Of a DNA stretch of 32,574 nucleotides, positions 22,147 to 31,600 are shown piece by piece; position 1 is the stretch's first letter, and the number at the start of each line of letters is the position of its first letter. The stretch is from Flavobacteriaceae bacterium UBA2000 (GTDB taxonomy: Bacteria > Bacteroidota > Bacteroidia > Flavobacteriales > Flavobacteriaceae). A program made the translations under genes and the position numbers. The notes under the pieces are model-generated. The model saw only the letters and a list, made by a program, of their open reading frames with translations, did not search any database and was not told the origin of the DNA. Where the stretch lies: NCBI GenBank assembly GCA_002335345.1, contig DDCS01000005.1, forward strand, positions 1 to 32,574, in the 5' to 3' direction.

Positions 22147-22180
22147 TTAACGCGCCCCTCTTTTAACGCCCAATTAACGC
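22147..22180. repeat. three direct copies of TTAACGC (GCGTTAA on the minus strand)
   Basis: Copies at 22147-22153, 22163-22169 and 22174-22180, with start-to-start spacing of 16 and 11 nt. They sit just upstream of the candidate promoter. Confidence 0.6.
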
Positions 22181-22201
22181 AAAGGACAGGCGCGGGTTGA
22201 T

Positions 22202-23851
22202 TTATCTAAAATAAATATAGATGGCGGCAACAAGCAAGACAATCAGCGCCCCAATGGGTTTGGTATAGGCCCAGGGTTGAATGTCAACTTGTTTTGTGTA
22301 CTCAATAGTATAGGCTTCTTTACGTGGATAAAACTTCCCAATAAGGAGCATAATAAGCACATTTAACACAAAGAGTATGGCCATGACATCGAGATAATGC
22401 AATCCAAAATACCCTTGTGATTCAATGATAGAAAGTGTGTTCGGGTCTGTAATGCCCTCTGCCTTAGCGGCGGCCAAAGCGTCACTTACAAAATGAGGTT
22501 TTAAAAAGAACTGGCTCAAAATATAAAGTAAAGAACCCGAGAGTAAGCCTATTTTTGCTGCGATGGCAGGAACTCTTTTGGTTAGATAGCCCACCACGAT
22601 AATGGTTAAAATTGGAATCGAGTAGATGCCGTTAATTTCCTGAAGATAGTCGAATAGGCTTCCAGCATTGGCAATAAATGGGGCAATTACCATAGCGCCA
22701 ATGGCCAAAACGACACCAAACATTTTTCCTTTATTGACCACGGTGGCTTCATCGGCCTCAGGGTTGATGTGTTGCTTATAAATGTCGATCCCAAACAAAG
22801 TCACTGAGCTGTTAAGGACACTATTGAAGGAACTTAAGATGGCCCCAAAGATAACTGCTGCAAAGAATCCAAGTAGGGCTGGGGGGAGCACTGCAGAAAC
22901 GAGTTGAGGATAGGCTTGATCCACCGCAGAAAGGTTGGGAAACATATGATAAGCAATGATTCCTGGAAGCACGACAATGATAGGGCCAAGAATCTTAATA
23001 AAGGAGCCCAAAAGCAAACCCTTTTGGCCTTCTTCTAGGTTTTTAGCGCCCAGTGCTCGCTGTATAATTTGTTGGTTTGTTCCCCAATAAAAAAGCTGAA
23101 CCAACATCATTCCCGTAAAAATGGTGTAAAATGGAACCGGATCTGTGCGCTCGCCCATAGATTTTAATTTTTCAGGATGTTCTGCCGCCAAAACGGATAG
23201 TCCATTCATAAGGCTTCCATCCCCAATAGCGATAAGGCCCAAAACAGGGATGAGTAATCCGCCAATTAACAGACCAATTGCATTTATCGTGTCAGACACC
23301 GCTACAGCCTTTAGTCCGCCAAACACCGCATAGATGGAGCCAATAAGACCGATACCCCAAACGCAGAGATAAATTGCTTGAGCATTGGACACCCCAAAGG
23401 CCGCTGGTATGTCAAACATTCCACTTATGGCCACTGAGCCAGAGTATAAAATCACAGGAAGTAACACAACGACATAACCCGTCAAAAACAGGGCAGAGGT
23501 GATGGTTTTAGTGGTGGTATCAAATCGATTGGCCAAAAATTGGGGTACGGTGGTGAGCCCGCCTTTGAGATAGCGCGGCAATAAAAACATTGCCGTAACC
23601 ACCATGGCAATGGCCGCTAAACTTTCCCAGGCCATAACGGAGAGACCACTTTCGTATGCCGATCCATTGAGCCCCACGATTTGTTCGGTCGATAAATTGG
23701 TCAGGAGTAAAGAACCCGCGATAACCCCAGCGGTAAGACTGCGCCCCCCTAAAAAATAGCCATCTGCACTTTTTTCATTTGTTTTCCTCGAGGCGAAATA
23801 GGCAATAATGGCTACTAAGGCGGTAAAAGCGATAAATGAAATGATGGTCAT
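22202..23851 (-). CDS. sodium:solute symporter (SSS/SGLT family)
   Basis: 549 aa with about 13-14 TM segments. N-terminal DGYFLGGRSLTAGVIAGSLLLTNLSTEQIVGLNG is typical of SGLT-type transporters. Confidence 0.85.
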   Translation of the reverse strand: MTIISFIAFTALVAIIAYFASRKTNEKSADGYFLGGRSLTAGVIAGSLLLTNLSTEQIVGLNGSAYESGLSVMAWESLAAIAMVVTAMFLLPRYLKGGLTTVPQFLANRFDTTTKTITSALFLTGYVVVLLPVILYSGSVAISGMFDIPAAFGVSNAQAIYLCVWGIGLIGSIYAVFGGLKAVAVSDTINAIGLLIGGLLIPVLGLIAIGDGSLMNGLSVLAAEHPEKLKSMGERTDPVPFYTIFTGMMLVQLFYWGTNQQIIQRALGAKNLEEGQKGLLLGSFIKILGPIIVVLPGIIAYHMFPNLSAVDQAYPQLVSAVLPPALLGFFAAVIFGAILSSFNSVLNSSVTLFGIDIYKQHINPEADEATVVNKGKMFGVVLAIGAMVIAPFIANAGSLFDYLQEINGIYSIPILTIIVVGYLTKRVPAIAAKIGLLSGSLLYILSQFFLKPHFVSDALAAAKAEGITDPNTLSIIESQGYFGLHYLDVMAILFVLNVLIMLLIGKFYPRKEAYTIEYTKQVDIQPWAYTKPIGALIVLLVAAIYIYFR

Positions 23852-23881
23852 CGGTTGTGTTTTTCTAGTTAGTTGTTAAAG

Positions 23882-24850
23882 TTAGTCATTTAAAATGTCT
23901 GATATAACATCGGCGTAATCTGGGATGCGCCCAACATTTTGAAGTTTTATGGCGGCCATTTTTAGTGCCGAGGATAAACATTTCTCTGGCTTTTGGCCTT
24001 TGATATGTCCATAAAGAAATCCACTCCAAAAGGCATCACCCGCCCCAGTGGCATCCATTATTTTTTCGACTTTAAGCGCGGAGAGTTGAATCACCTCATG
24101 GCCTGCAACACTGAGTTTGGCTCCATCCTTGCCTAAAGTAAAACAAATCGTCTGTGCGCCCAATCCATGAAGGTATTCAAAAACCTCCTGGTGACTTAAT
24201 CCCGGCCCCAGCAAACGATCCACGTCATCTTGGCTAATTTTGACCAAGGCCCCCCATTGGCAATAGCGCGTAATGGCTTCAATGGCTTCATTCCGGTTTG
24301 GCCAAATTTTTTCACTGTAATTCACGTCAATGCTGAGTTGTACTCCTCGTTGCGCCGCACGCTCCGCTGCCGAAAGTATTGTTTCTCTAGCAGGATCTCG
24401 GCTTAAGGCAAAACAGGTGGTATGACAAATTTTACTTGAATTCAGTAAGGCGTCAGGGATTTGATTGGGATAAATTTCTTTATCCGCACCGCGATAGGCG
24501 ATAAATTCCGGGGTTCCTGCGGTGTTGTTGATAAAAATAACGGTACTCGGTGTCTGCGGGGCACGATACATATACTGGGTATCGATCCCAGCCTCTTCAA
24601 ACCGACTGAGCATATAGTCTCCAAAACCATCATCACCAACACTAGAGATCATCGCCACATTCATGCCTAATCGCGCCATGTTCATGGCGACATTGGTTGG
24701 TGACCCCCCGAGATATCGATGATAATCTTTAGTTTCACTAATGGGAGCTTCATTTTGTGTTCCAATAAAATCGATTAAGGTCTCCCCGATACAGATTAAA
24801 TCCGTTGAAAGATTTTTACTGTTATTCATAACTGATTGTGCATTCATCAA
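23882..24850 (-). CDS. PfkB-family sugar kinase (fructokinase-like)
   Basis: LICIGETLIDFIG, YLGGSPTNVAMNMARLG and DATGAGDAFWSGFLYG (PfkB signature). Confidence 0.8.
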   Translation of the reverse strand: MMNAQSVMNNSKNLSTDLICIGETLIDFIGTQNEAPISETKDYHRYLGGSPTNVAMNMARLGMNVAMISSVGDDGFGDYMLSRFEEAGIDTQYMYRAPQTPSTVIFINNTAGTPEFIAYRGADKEIYPNQIPDALLNSSKICHTTCFALSRDPARETILSAAERAAQRGVQLSIDVNYSEKIWPNRNEAIEAITRYCQWGALVKISQDDVDRLLGPGLSHQEVFEYLHGLGAQTICFTLGKDGAKLSVAGHEVIQLSALKVEKIMDATGAGDAFWSGFLYGHIKGQKPEKCLSSALKMAAIKLQNVGRIPDYADVISDILND

Positions 24851-24865
24851 AAATTACGATATCGT

Positions 24866-26164
24866 TTATTTTGCTTTTGGCTTAAGGCGGAGCGCTAAAA
24901 TTGCAGCAATTATAAAGAAAACACCCCCAAAGAGGATGGCATTTATGGCACTACCGCCCAAAAGGTGTTTCATAATTGGTCCAAAAGTGACGGTTTCAAT
25001 ACCCATAGGAATAACAATCATCATATTTAATATGCCCATGTAAACCCCCCGGCGTTCTTGTGGCACTATTTTAGAAACCATACTGTAAGGAATCCCCATC
25101 ATAGCAGCCCAACCTATTCCAAACAAAATCATTGGAAAGAGAACAGTTATCGGGTCCGTGATAAATGGAATAACCAGAAGCGCTGCTCCCGTGCCAAATA
25201 AACTTCCCGCATAGGTTTTCTTTCCGCCAAAACGCATGGTAATGGGCACGAGTAAAAGGGCGACAATGATCGTAGTGATGTTATAAGTGGTACTCATTTT
25301 GGCCGCTTGTCCAAGCGCTTGAGCCCCATCATAACCCATTGATTCCTGGAAAAGTGGGGTAATGTATTGCCAATAAATAAAGAGTGCATACCATTGAAAA
25401 AGATAAACCGCCGAGAGTTGCCACATAAATTTTGGCATAAGTTTTACGGCAGAGGCAATTTCATTAAAAGGGGTTTGGAGTCTTGTCAAAAAGGGTTCCT
25501 TGCGCTCGGCTTCTAGAGTCTTAAGTTCTTGCGCTGTCGGAGGTATTTCTGGCGTTTTTAAAACGGACCATAAAATAGTGACCACCGACAAAATGGCGCC
25601 CAAGAAGAACGAGTAATAGAGCCACGTTGGTATGCCTTGGGTTGTGTCTCCTGAAGGATCAGCAAACCAATCTTGAAAAATGAAAATAGAAGCATTGGCC
25701 AAAACAATCCCCGCGCCAACAAATAGACTCTGCATTTGATAGCCCATGGTGAGCTGTTTTTCAGGCAACTTATCCCCGACAAAGGCGCGGTATGGCTCCA
25801 TCGCCATATTGTTTCCTACATCCAGAATCCAGAGCAATCCCACGGCGAACCATAGACTAGGGCTGTAGGGAAAGGCAAAAAGACACAGACTGCCAATGAC
25901 TGCCCCAATAAGAAAATACGGTTTTCTGCGGCCCCACTTAGGAGACCAGGTTTTGTCAGAAAGCGCCCCTATGATGGGTTGAACCAGCAGTCCCGTCACT
26001 GGACCAGCGAGATTTAAAATGGGCAGTTCTTCGGGTAAGGCCCCGAGAAATGAAAATATTGGATTGATTGCTGTTTGCTGTAATCCGAAGCTAAATTGAA
26101 TGCCTAAGAAGCCGACATTCATGTTCCAGATGTCCCAGAACGAGAGTTTTGGTTTTTTGGTCAT
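24866..26164 (-). CDS. MFS transporter, GPH/SLC45 (sucrose-type) family
   Basis: 12-TM profile with GALSDKTWSPKWGRRKPYF, similar to the conserved loop of glycoside-pentoside-hexuronide/SLC45 carriers. Confidence 0.75.
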   Translation of the reverse strand: MTKKPKLSFWDIWNMNVGFLGIQFSFGLQQTAINPIFSFLGALPEELPILNLAGPVTGLLVQPIIGALSDKTWSPKWGRRKPYFLIGAVIGSLCLFAFPYSPSLWFAVGLLWILDVGNNMAMEPYRAFVGDKLPEKQLTMGYQMQSLFVGAGIVLANASIFIFQDWFADPSGDTTQGIPTWLYYSFFLGAILSVVTILWSVLKTPEIPPTAQELKTLEAERKEPFLTRLQTPFNEIASAVKLMPKFMWQLSAVYLFQWYALFIYWQYITPLFQESMGYDGAQALGQAAKMSTTYNITTIIVALLLVPITMRFGGKKTYAGSLFGTGAALLVIPFITDPITVLFPMILFGIGWAAMMGIPYSMVSKIVPQERRGVYMGILNMMIVIPMGIETVTFGPIMKHLLGGSAINAILFGGVFFIIAAILALRLKPKAK

Positions 26165-26176
26165 GGTCTATTTTTG
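26149..26176 (+). promoter_or_regulatory. plus-strand promoter-like TTG, 17-nt spacer, TATTTTTG facing the inverted repeat
   Basis: TTG at 26149-26151 and an exact TAnnTTTG at 26169-26176. The predicted TSS near 26183 is 5 nt before the left arm of the 26188-26268 repeat. Confidence 0.25.
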
Positions 26177-26187
26177 GTCGTTGTGTT

Positions 26188-26268
26188 AAGGGGTCATAGT
26201 CTGTATCAGTGTAGGTTTGGGTTGAGAATAACCCCTTAGCTAGCATCTTAAACAGACTATGACCTCTT
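26188..26268. repeat. 17-bp-arm inverted repeat (16/17) with 47-nt loop containing a nested hairpin
   Basis: AAGGGGTCATAGTCTGT (26188-26204) pairs with ACAGACTATGACCTCTT (26252-26268). Inner hairpin GGGTT-gagaat-AACCC (26219-26234) and a GCTAGC palindrome (26239-26244). Confidence 0.8.
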
Positions 26269-26405
26269 CAAGATGCACAAAAAATATCAGAATTTTTAGT
26301 TTTCTATTCGCGATATGAGCGATTCTTAAACGAAATCGTTTTCGAGAACAATTGCGCCACAGCGCCGCAGCGTTTTAAGCCACAATCAGAGGGCCTTGTC
26401 TTGGC

Positions 26406-27323
26406 TTAATGTTCTACCGGCATAAGCAGCTCTGCGACCCACTGCATACTGTCTCCGCCTTCGTGAGGATCATTGCGATAAATCTCTATGATTTCAGCGC
26501 CTAGCTTAATTCCATTGCTTTGGGCATAATCCAATAGAGTGTACCAACCCTGTTGCGAAAGGCGATAATTACCATTAAAAATCGCTTTAAGGTAACGACG
26601 TGGGGCTAAGGTTTTGAAACGGACCTCAGGGTCTGTTGGTCTTGTCGTTAGCGAATCAATTGGAAAGCAAAAGTCAAAACTTAAATCTTGTGTCATCGGA
26701 TTCCAATGGGAGATTGTAATAAAGGGGTCGCCTTTTAAAGGGATCTTGTTGTCTTTGATGTAATGCATGACCGTACTGATCTGTCGCAACATACCTTGAG
26801 CCTTTGTCCCCTCTTTGGTATGCACCGGAACATAAGCGCAAAACAAAGGAGCAGTGAGGGTATCACTAATGCTGTGTGTTTTAAAGTTTTTGCTTTTTTC
26901 GATCAGGCCTTGAGCCAAAGACTGGGTCAGTGTGATACTACTGCTTGGAACAAAACTTTGACCAAAGGGCAAGCGAATCTTTTCTTTTAACGCCTCATTG
27001 GTTGCCGAAAAACGACCCTCAACACGTGTGGTACTATCCCCGTGTCGCTTTATCGACCAATCTACCGAAAGCGCTCCATCTGGATGATCAATGTTTTGAA
27101 CGAGCCTGCTGTAAAGGACCATATCTTGATTTACGACTTGGGCAGTGTCCGTTTGATCGAATTCAGGCCACGCCCTAAGGTGATCAAAAACAACTCCAGG
27201 GGGTTGCTTAGTGGTAAAACTCACCTTGTAATGATAGGGAAAAACAAAGAGATAACTCATGAGGACAAAGGCCAAAAAGAAAATCCCCAGATTAAAAAGC
27301 TTTTGTTTTTTAGCGCGTTTCAT
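26406..27323 (-). CDS. membrane-anchored protein with SRPBCC-like N-terminal half and GyrI-like (effector-binding) C-terminal half
   Basis: N-terminal TM segment LFNLGIFFLAFVLMSYLFVF. The C-terminus GWYTLLDYAQSNGIKLGAEIIEIYRNDPHEG...WVAELLMPVE is typical of GyrI-like domain ends. Confidence 0.45.
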   Translation of the reverse strand: MKRAKKQKLFNLGIFFLAFVLMSYLFVFPYHYKVSFTTKQPPGVVFDHLRAWPEFDQTDTAQVVNQDMVLYSRLVQNIDHPDGALSVDWSIKRHGDSTTRVEGRFSATNEALKEKIRLPFGQSFVPSSSITLTQSLAQGLIEKSKNFKTHSISDTLTAPLFCAYVPVHTKEGTKAQGMLRQISTVMHYIKDNKIPLKGDPFITISHWNPMTQDLSFDFCFPIDSLTTRPTDPEVRFKTLAPRRYLKAIFNGNYRLSQQGWYTLLDYAQSNGIKLGAEIIEIYRNDPHEGGDSMQWVAELLMPVEH

Positions 27324-27337
27324 GCTTGAACTTTTGA

Positions 27338-28690
27338 TTAGTTTTTAATTGAAAAAAGAGATTCGGAAAGTTTGTGGCCTATAGAGATTCCTTGCTGTAA
27401 CCCTACCTCGATAGCGGCGCGATAATGAATTCCTCCGTACATCCTTGAAATTGCTGCTTCTTGTGCTGCTTGCTCAAAAGACGGATAGGAACGAACAGGC
27501 AAGCCATAAGGGACCTCTGTATCGTCATCAAAGGTAAAATCGGGGCCAAATATTTCCGTTAAAACCGTAGATGCCGCGCCAGACACCACGGAATGTCCAG
27601 AGGTGTACTCAGGGAAAGGAGGTGTTTGTAAGACCGGTTTCCAGTTCTCGTCTATATATTGATTGATTAAGGTTTCAGGGCGAATTAAATTACTGCGGTA
27701 TTTTTCATCCCAACAGCTAATAAAGGCATCAAATATGGCCAACGATGTGTAGGTATAAGCCGATACTGTTTGTCGAAAATCCAGCTGAGCTTTGTTACAG
27801 GCAATTTTGGTAATGCCAATCCAATGGGCACCAGGCGTAATTTTTTTAGTAGCAAACATAAGATGTCCACGAGTGACTGAGACATAAGGGTTACAATCCC
27901 AGAATTGTGCCATTTGTATCTCTTCTGAGGAGTCCCCTTGGGCTTCTATGCGTTTACTTGTGTCGTAAACCTCCATGAGTTCTTTATAAAAGGCGCTATT
28001 TTTTTCAAGCGAAAATGCGGGTGGGGGTGTGGGTTTAAATTGACTTGCAGAGTCTAATATAAAGGGCCGAATTTTATTCCAGTGGGGTTCAATACCATCC
28101 ATATAGGCCGGGGGTGTGGGCTGCCAGCGTGAAGGATCTTCTGTAATCACAGTAAATTTAGGCATGGTACGTGTTTGGTTATACTGGTCCGTATTCATCC
28201 ACAGTTTTATGTGCTGTGCGACAGAGAGACCGTACTCCTTGGATTGAGTAAATTCAGATTTATTTTGTTTTGACCAAAGGGCGTATAAACTATCGCGGTA
28301 GTGCTCCATGCGCTCTTCAGAAAAAACTAAAGATTTGCTCAGATCCATATGCGCGATGAGTGCAGCTAACGCTAAATTAACCGTACTGTCCTTTGCTAAT
28401 GGTATTGGTTTAAGGTGATCAATAGACTGGGTCAACGAGCGCATGCCTGGATCGGATTGAGCTAAAATTTCATAGGCTGCGATATTAGGGTAGGCGTAAA
28501 TTCTACTGGCTACGGGTGGCGAAAATATATCATGGACCATGATCCTGGTCACTTGGTCTACACTGCTTTGAAAGTCCGCTGAGCGAACCACTATAGGTTG
28601 GTCTGGAGTGCAACTGCTCAGTGCGCCAATGGCGACCACTAAACTCATTTTTTTAAAATTCAATGCGGTAAATTTCAGTTGTTTCATCAT
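27338..28690 (-). CDS. PAP2-superfamily / vanadium-dependent-haloperoxidase-like lipoprotein
   Basis: Lipobox AIGALSSC. Motifs KYRSNLIRP (Kx6RP), YTSGHS (SGH) and SRMYGGIH (SRx5H). An alternative start at 28648 (MSLVV...) would remove the 38-nt overlap with the upstream gene. Confidence 0.75.
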   Translation of the reverse strand: MMKQLKFTALNFKKMSLVVAIGALSSCTPDQPIVVRSADFQSSVDQVTRIMVHDIFSPPVASRIYAYPNIAAYEILAQSDPGMRSLTQSIDHLKPIPLAKDSTVNLALAALIAHMDLSKSLVFSEERMEHYRDSLYALWSKQNKSEFTQSKEYGLSVAQHIKLWMNTDQYNQTRTMPKFTVITEDPSRWQPTPPAYMDGIEPHWNKIRPFILDSASQFKPTPPPAFSLEKNSAFYKELMEVYDTSKRIEAQGDSSEEIQMAQFWDCNPYVSVTRGHLMFATKKITPGAHWIGITKIACNKAQLDFRQTVSAYTYTSLAIFDAFISCWDEKYRSNLIRPETLINQYIDENWKPVLQTPPFPEYTSGHSVVSGAASTVLTEIFGPDFTFDDDTEVPYGLPVRSYPSFEQAAQEAAISRMYGGIHYRAAIEVGLQQGISIGHKLSESLFSIKN

Positions 28691-31600
28691 TAAAAATTAC
28701 AATTAAATAGGCTTGGTTGTTTCGGCTAATTAAATCAAAATGCCGTACCGATTTATTCCACAGATCTAATCCATAATCGGCAGAGGAATGGATGTTTCCG
28801 TTATGATCAATAACGGCTCCTGAAAAGGAATCAAATCGTCCTTGAAAGGGGATCACCCCAAAATAATTTCCTCCTACTAAAATCTCTGTATTTTGATCTT
28901 GATTAAAATCTGCCACGAGAAATGTGTTTATTGGACTTTGCTGGAGCTGGGGATCAAAGCGCACAAATTGATAGTTACCCTCTTGATTTTCAAAATAGCC
29001 GCTGGCCAATTCATTCACGGTTAAAACGTGTACCTGGTCAAAATCAAGACCGCGAATTTTGGTGAGCGGTTGATTAGCAAACGCACTGTATTGGTTATAT
29101 TGTTTGCGTAAAATGACCATTTGAGCGGCTAAATCATCGAGGCCGAGCAAAGGGTAATCATCGCCTTGACGATGTGTTGTGAGTATGGTTTCGCTCGCGC
29201 CATTATGATCAAAATCGTTATGCCAGAGTTTCATTGGGTGCTCCATGGACGCTTGTAGTTTACTGTTCAGACCCCAATTGCCCATGAGCAGGTCCAGGTC
29301 ACCGTCTTGATCAAGGTCATGCGCGACAACGCGCCGCCAAAGCCCTTTTAAATCTGGAAATACTTCTATATTTTCTTCAAATCCCTCAGGGGTTTGGATA
29401 AACAGTCGGGGGGACATCCAATGACCAATAACCAACAAATCCATAAGCCCATCTTGATCATGGTCCATCCACAAGGCGTCCGTTATCATTCCTAGGTTAT
29501 CGATTTGTAGTATTTTTTGGTGGTCCCGAAAAATATAAGAGGGAACCGCCTTGCCAAAATCTTGAGGCCCACAAAAGTTCCCGACAAACAAAAGGTTTTC
29601 GTGGCCCCGTACCACATGAGTATTGGCTAAGTCTCCCTCTAATGGAATCCCGACCTGATTCAATTGATCCATAGGCCAAACCTTGTTTTCAAAAACAGAG
29701 GCGGATGGTCGGACCGAATTACCACCGGCGGCGAGAACCAATTGTGGTTTTCCATTGGCGTTGTAAACCGTGGCGTCAACAAACTCTTGTAGACTGTCCA
29801 AAGCCATCCCTAAATTAGGTTCTTTCTCAAACCCTTCTTTATTGGCGGTGTAAACCTGGGTCCTTTGATTCTTACCGCCACTGATCAAAATGTCTTTGCG
29901 CCCATCATTGTTGAAATCAAAGGATAAATAGGCCGGTCCGTGGTCCGAAACTTTATAGGGAATAAGTTTTTGATCATTAAAATCTGAGAAATCGTCTTCT
30001 TTATGGGTAAAATTAATCCCTAAATTTCCTGCCTCAGGGACAAATAGAAACTCAGGGGGCGGATTTTTTTCAGGGTGCGCCTCAAGGCCGAGGGACTTTT
30101 CCGAATATTTTAAAGTATTGAATCCTGGGGTTAATCCTGAATCCACCCACTGTTGTTGGCCATTAGGCCATATAATTCTTAAACCTTTTATCGATTGTTT
30201 AGCCGGTAGGGCAAAATGAAGTAAAGGTTCGGAACACGATTGAAAGCCACGTACGGGGTAAACCTCTCTGTATTGAAATCCTTCCTCAGTATAAAGGTAG
30301 GCCTTGGTCCCAATTGCATAGGGGTTCAGGGGGGTATAGGACAGACTGATACTCAGACCAGAATTCTGCTGATTATTAAGAGGATTAATATCCGCGTTGT
30401 TTTGGTCTAAATGCTCATGATTTTGAGATTCCGTATCTTGATTAATACTCTGGTTTACGTACAAACCAGCGGGGCCATCGGTATTGTTTACAACGAGGTC
30501 TAAATCTCCATCGCGATCTAAATCTCCTACGACAGAAGCGCCTGAGAGACTCAGCTGGGTGCTGCCCCAAGGGCCGCTCACATCGTCAAATTTAACTCCC
30601 TTTTGACCCCTATAAAAGAAATTTACAGCTGCTCCAGAGGGCATCATTTCAATGGCTGATTGATCGACCAATCGACTGTCATTGATTTGTTTATGGATCT
30701 CTTGATTCGAGATGAATTTGATATAGTCCAAGTTATTTGGGCGTCGCGTGATGCCATTGGAAATAAATAAGTCCAAATACCCGTCCAAATCGTAATCCCC
30801 AAATAAAGCGCTCCAACTCCAATCGGTCGCCGCGACACCACTATAGAGGGCCGTTTCAGTAAAATTTTTCCCTTTTTGATTGATAAAGAGCATGTTACGA
30901 CTGTATTGATAATGATAGCCATAAGCTTGGGTCCTGAGTTTGAGCGTTTGAACCGCATCATCTCCTTCACTGGTTTTGAGGAGTGTCTCACTTTGAGGAA
31001 GCATGTCTAGAGAGATCAAATCTGGCCAGCCATCATTATTGATGTCGGCCACATCATTGCCCATTGAAAAGCGCGAGATATGGCTAAAGGCAGAGCGTAA
31101 TTGCTCTGTAAAAGTTCCGTCTTGGTTATTGTGGTAATAGTAATCATCTTCGTGGAAATCATTGCCCACGTAAATATCAGGCCAGCCGTCTTTATCAAAA
31201 TCGGCAATGCTAATCCCAAGTCCATAGGCATTAATTCCACCTAAGATCCCCGCTTGTTCGCTGACGTCGGTAAAAACATTTCCGTCATTGCGCAGCAGGC
31301 GGTCCCCCGTTTTTGGATTACGGGTATAGCGCAGGTCAACACGGCCAAAGGACTCTTGCGTATGCACCGCATGATTTAATAAATAAAGATCCAAATCGCC
31401 ATCTTGATCATAATCGAGAACTGCGGACATTGTTCCAAAATCTTCAAAGTCTAAACCATATGCTTTTGACGATTCCGTAAACGTTAAATCGCCATTATTA
31501 ATGTAGAGTTCATTGTGTCCCGTAAATCCATTAATCCCCACGACGGCGCTGATATAGAGGTCCTGAAATCCATCACCGTTTGCATCAAAAATAAGACATC

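Noticed and set aside
12478-22201. Arsenic cluster as a horizontally acquired island or classical ars resistance operon
   Set aside because: I saw no integrase, transposase, tRNA target or flanking direct repeats, so island status cannot be claimed from this window. No ArsR, ArsB/Acr3, ArsC or ArsA-like ORF is present, so this is not a standard detoxification operon.
26188-26268. Inverted repeat as the intrinsic terminator of the upstream minus-strand gene (26406..27323)
   Set aside because: On the minus-strand transcript the stem carries a C-A mismatch and is followed by UAACACAACG rather than a U-tract. The 47-nt loop is also atypical for a terminator.
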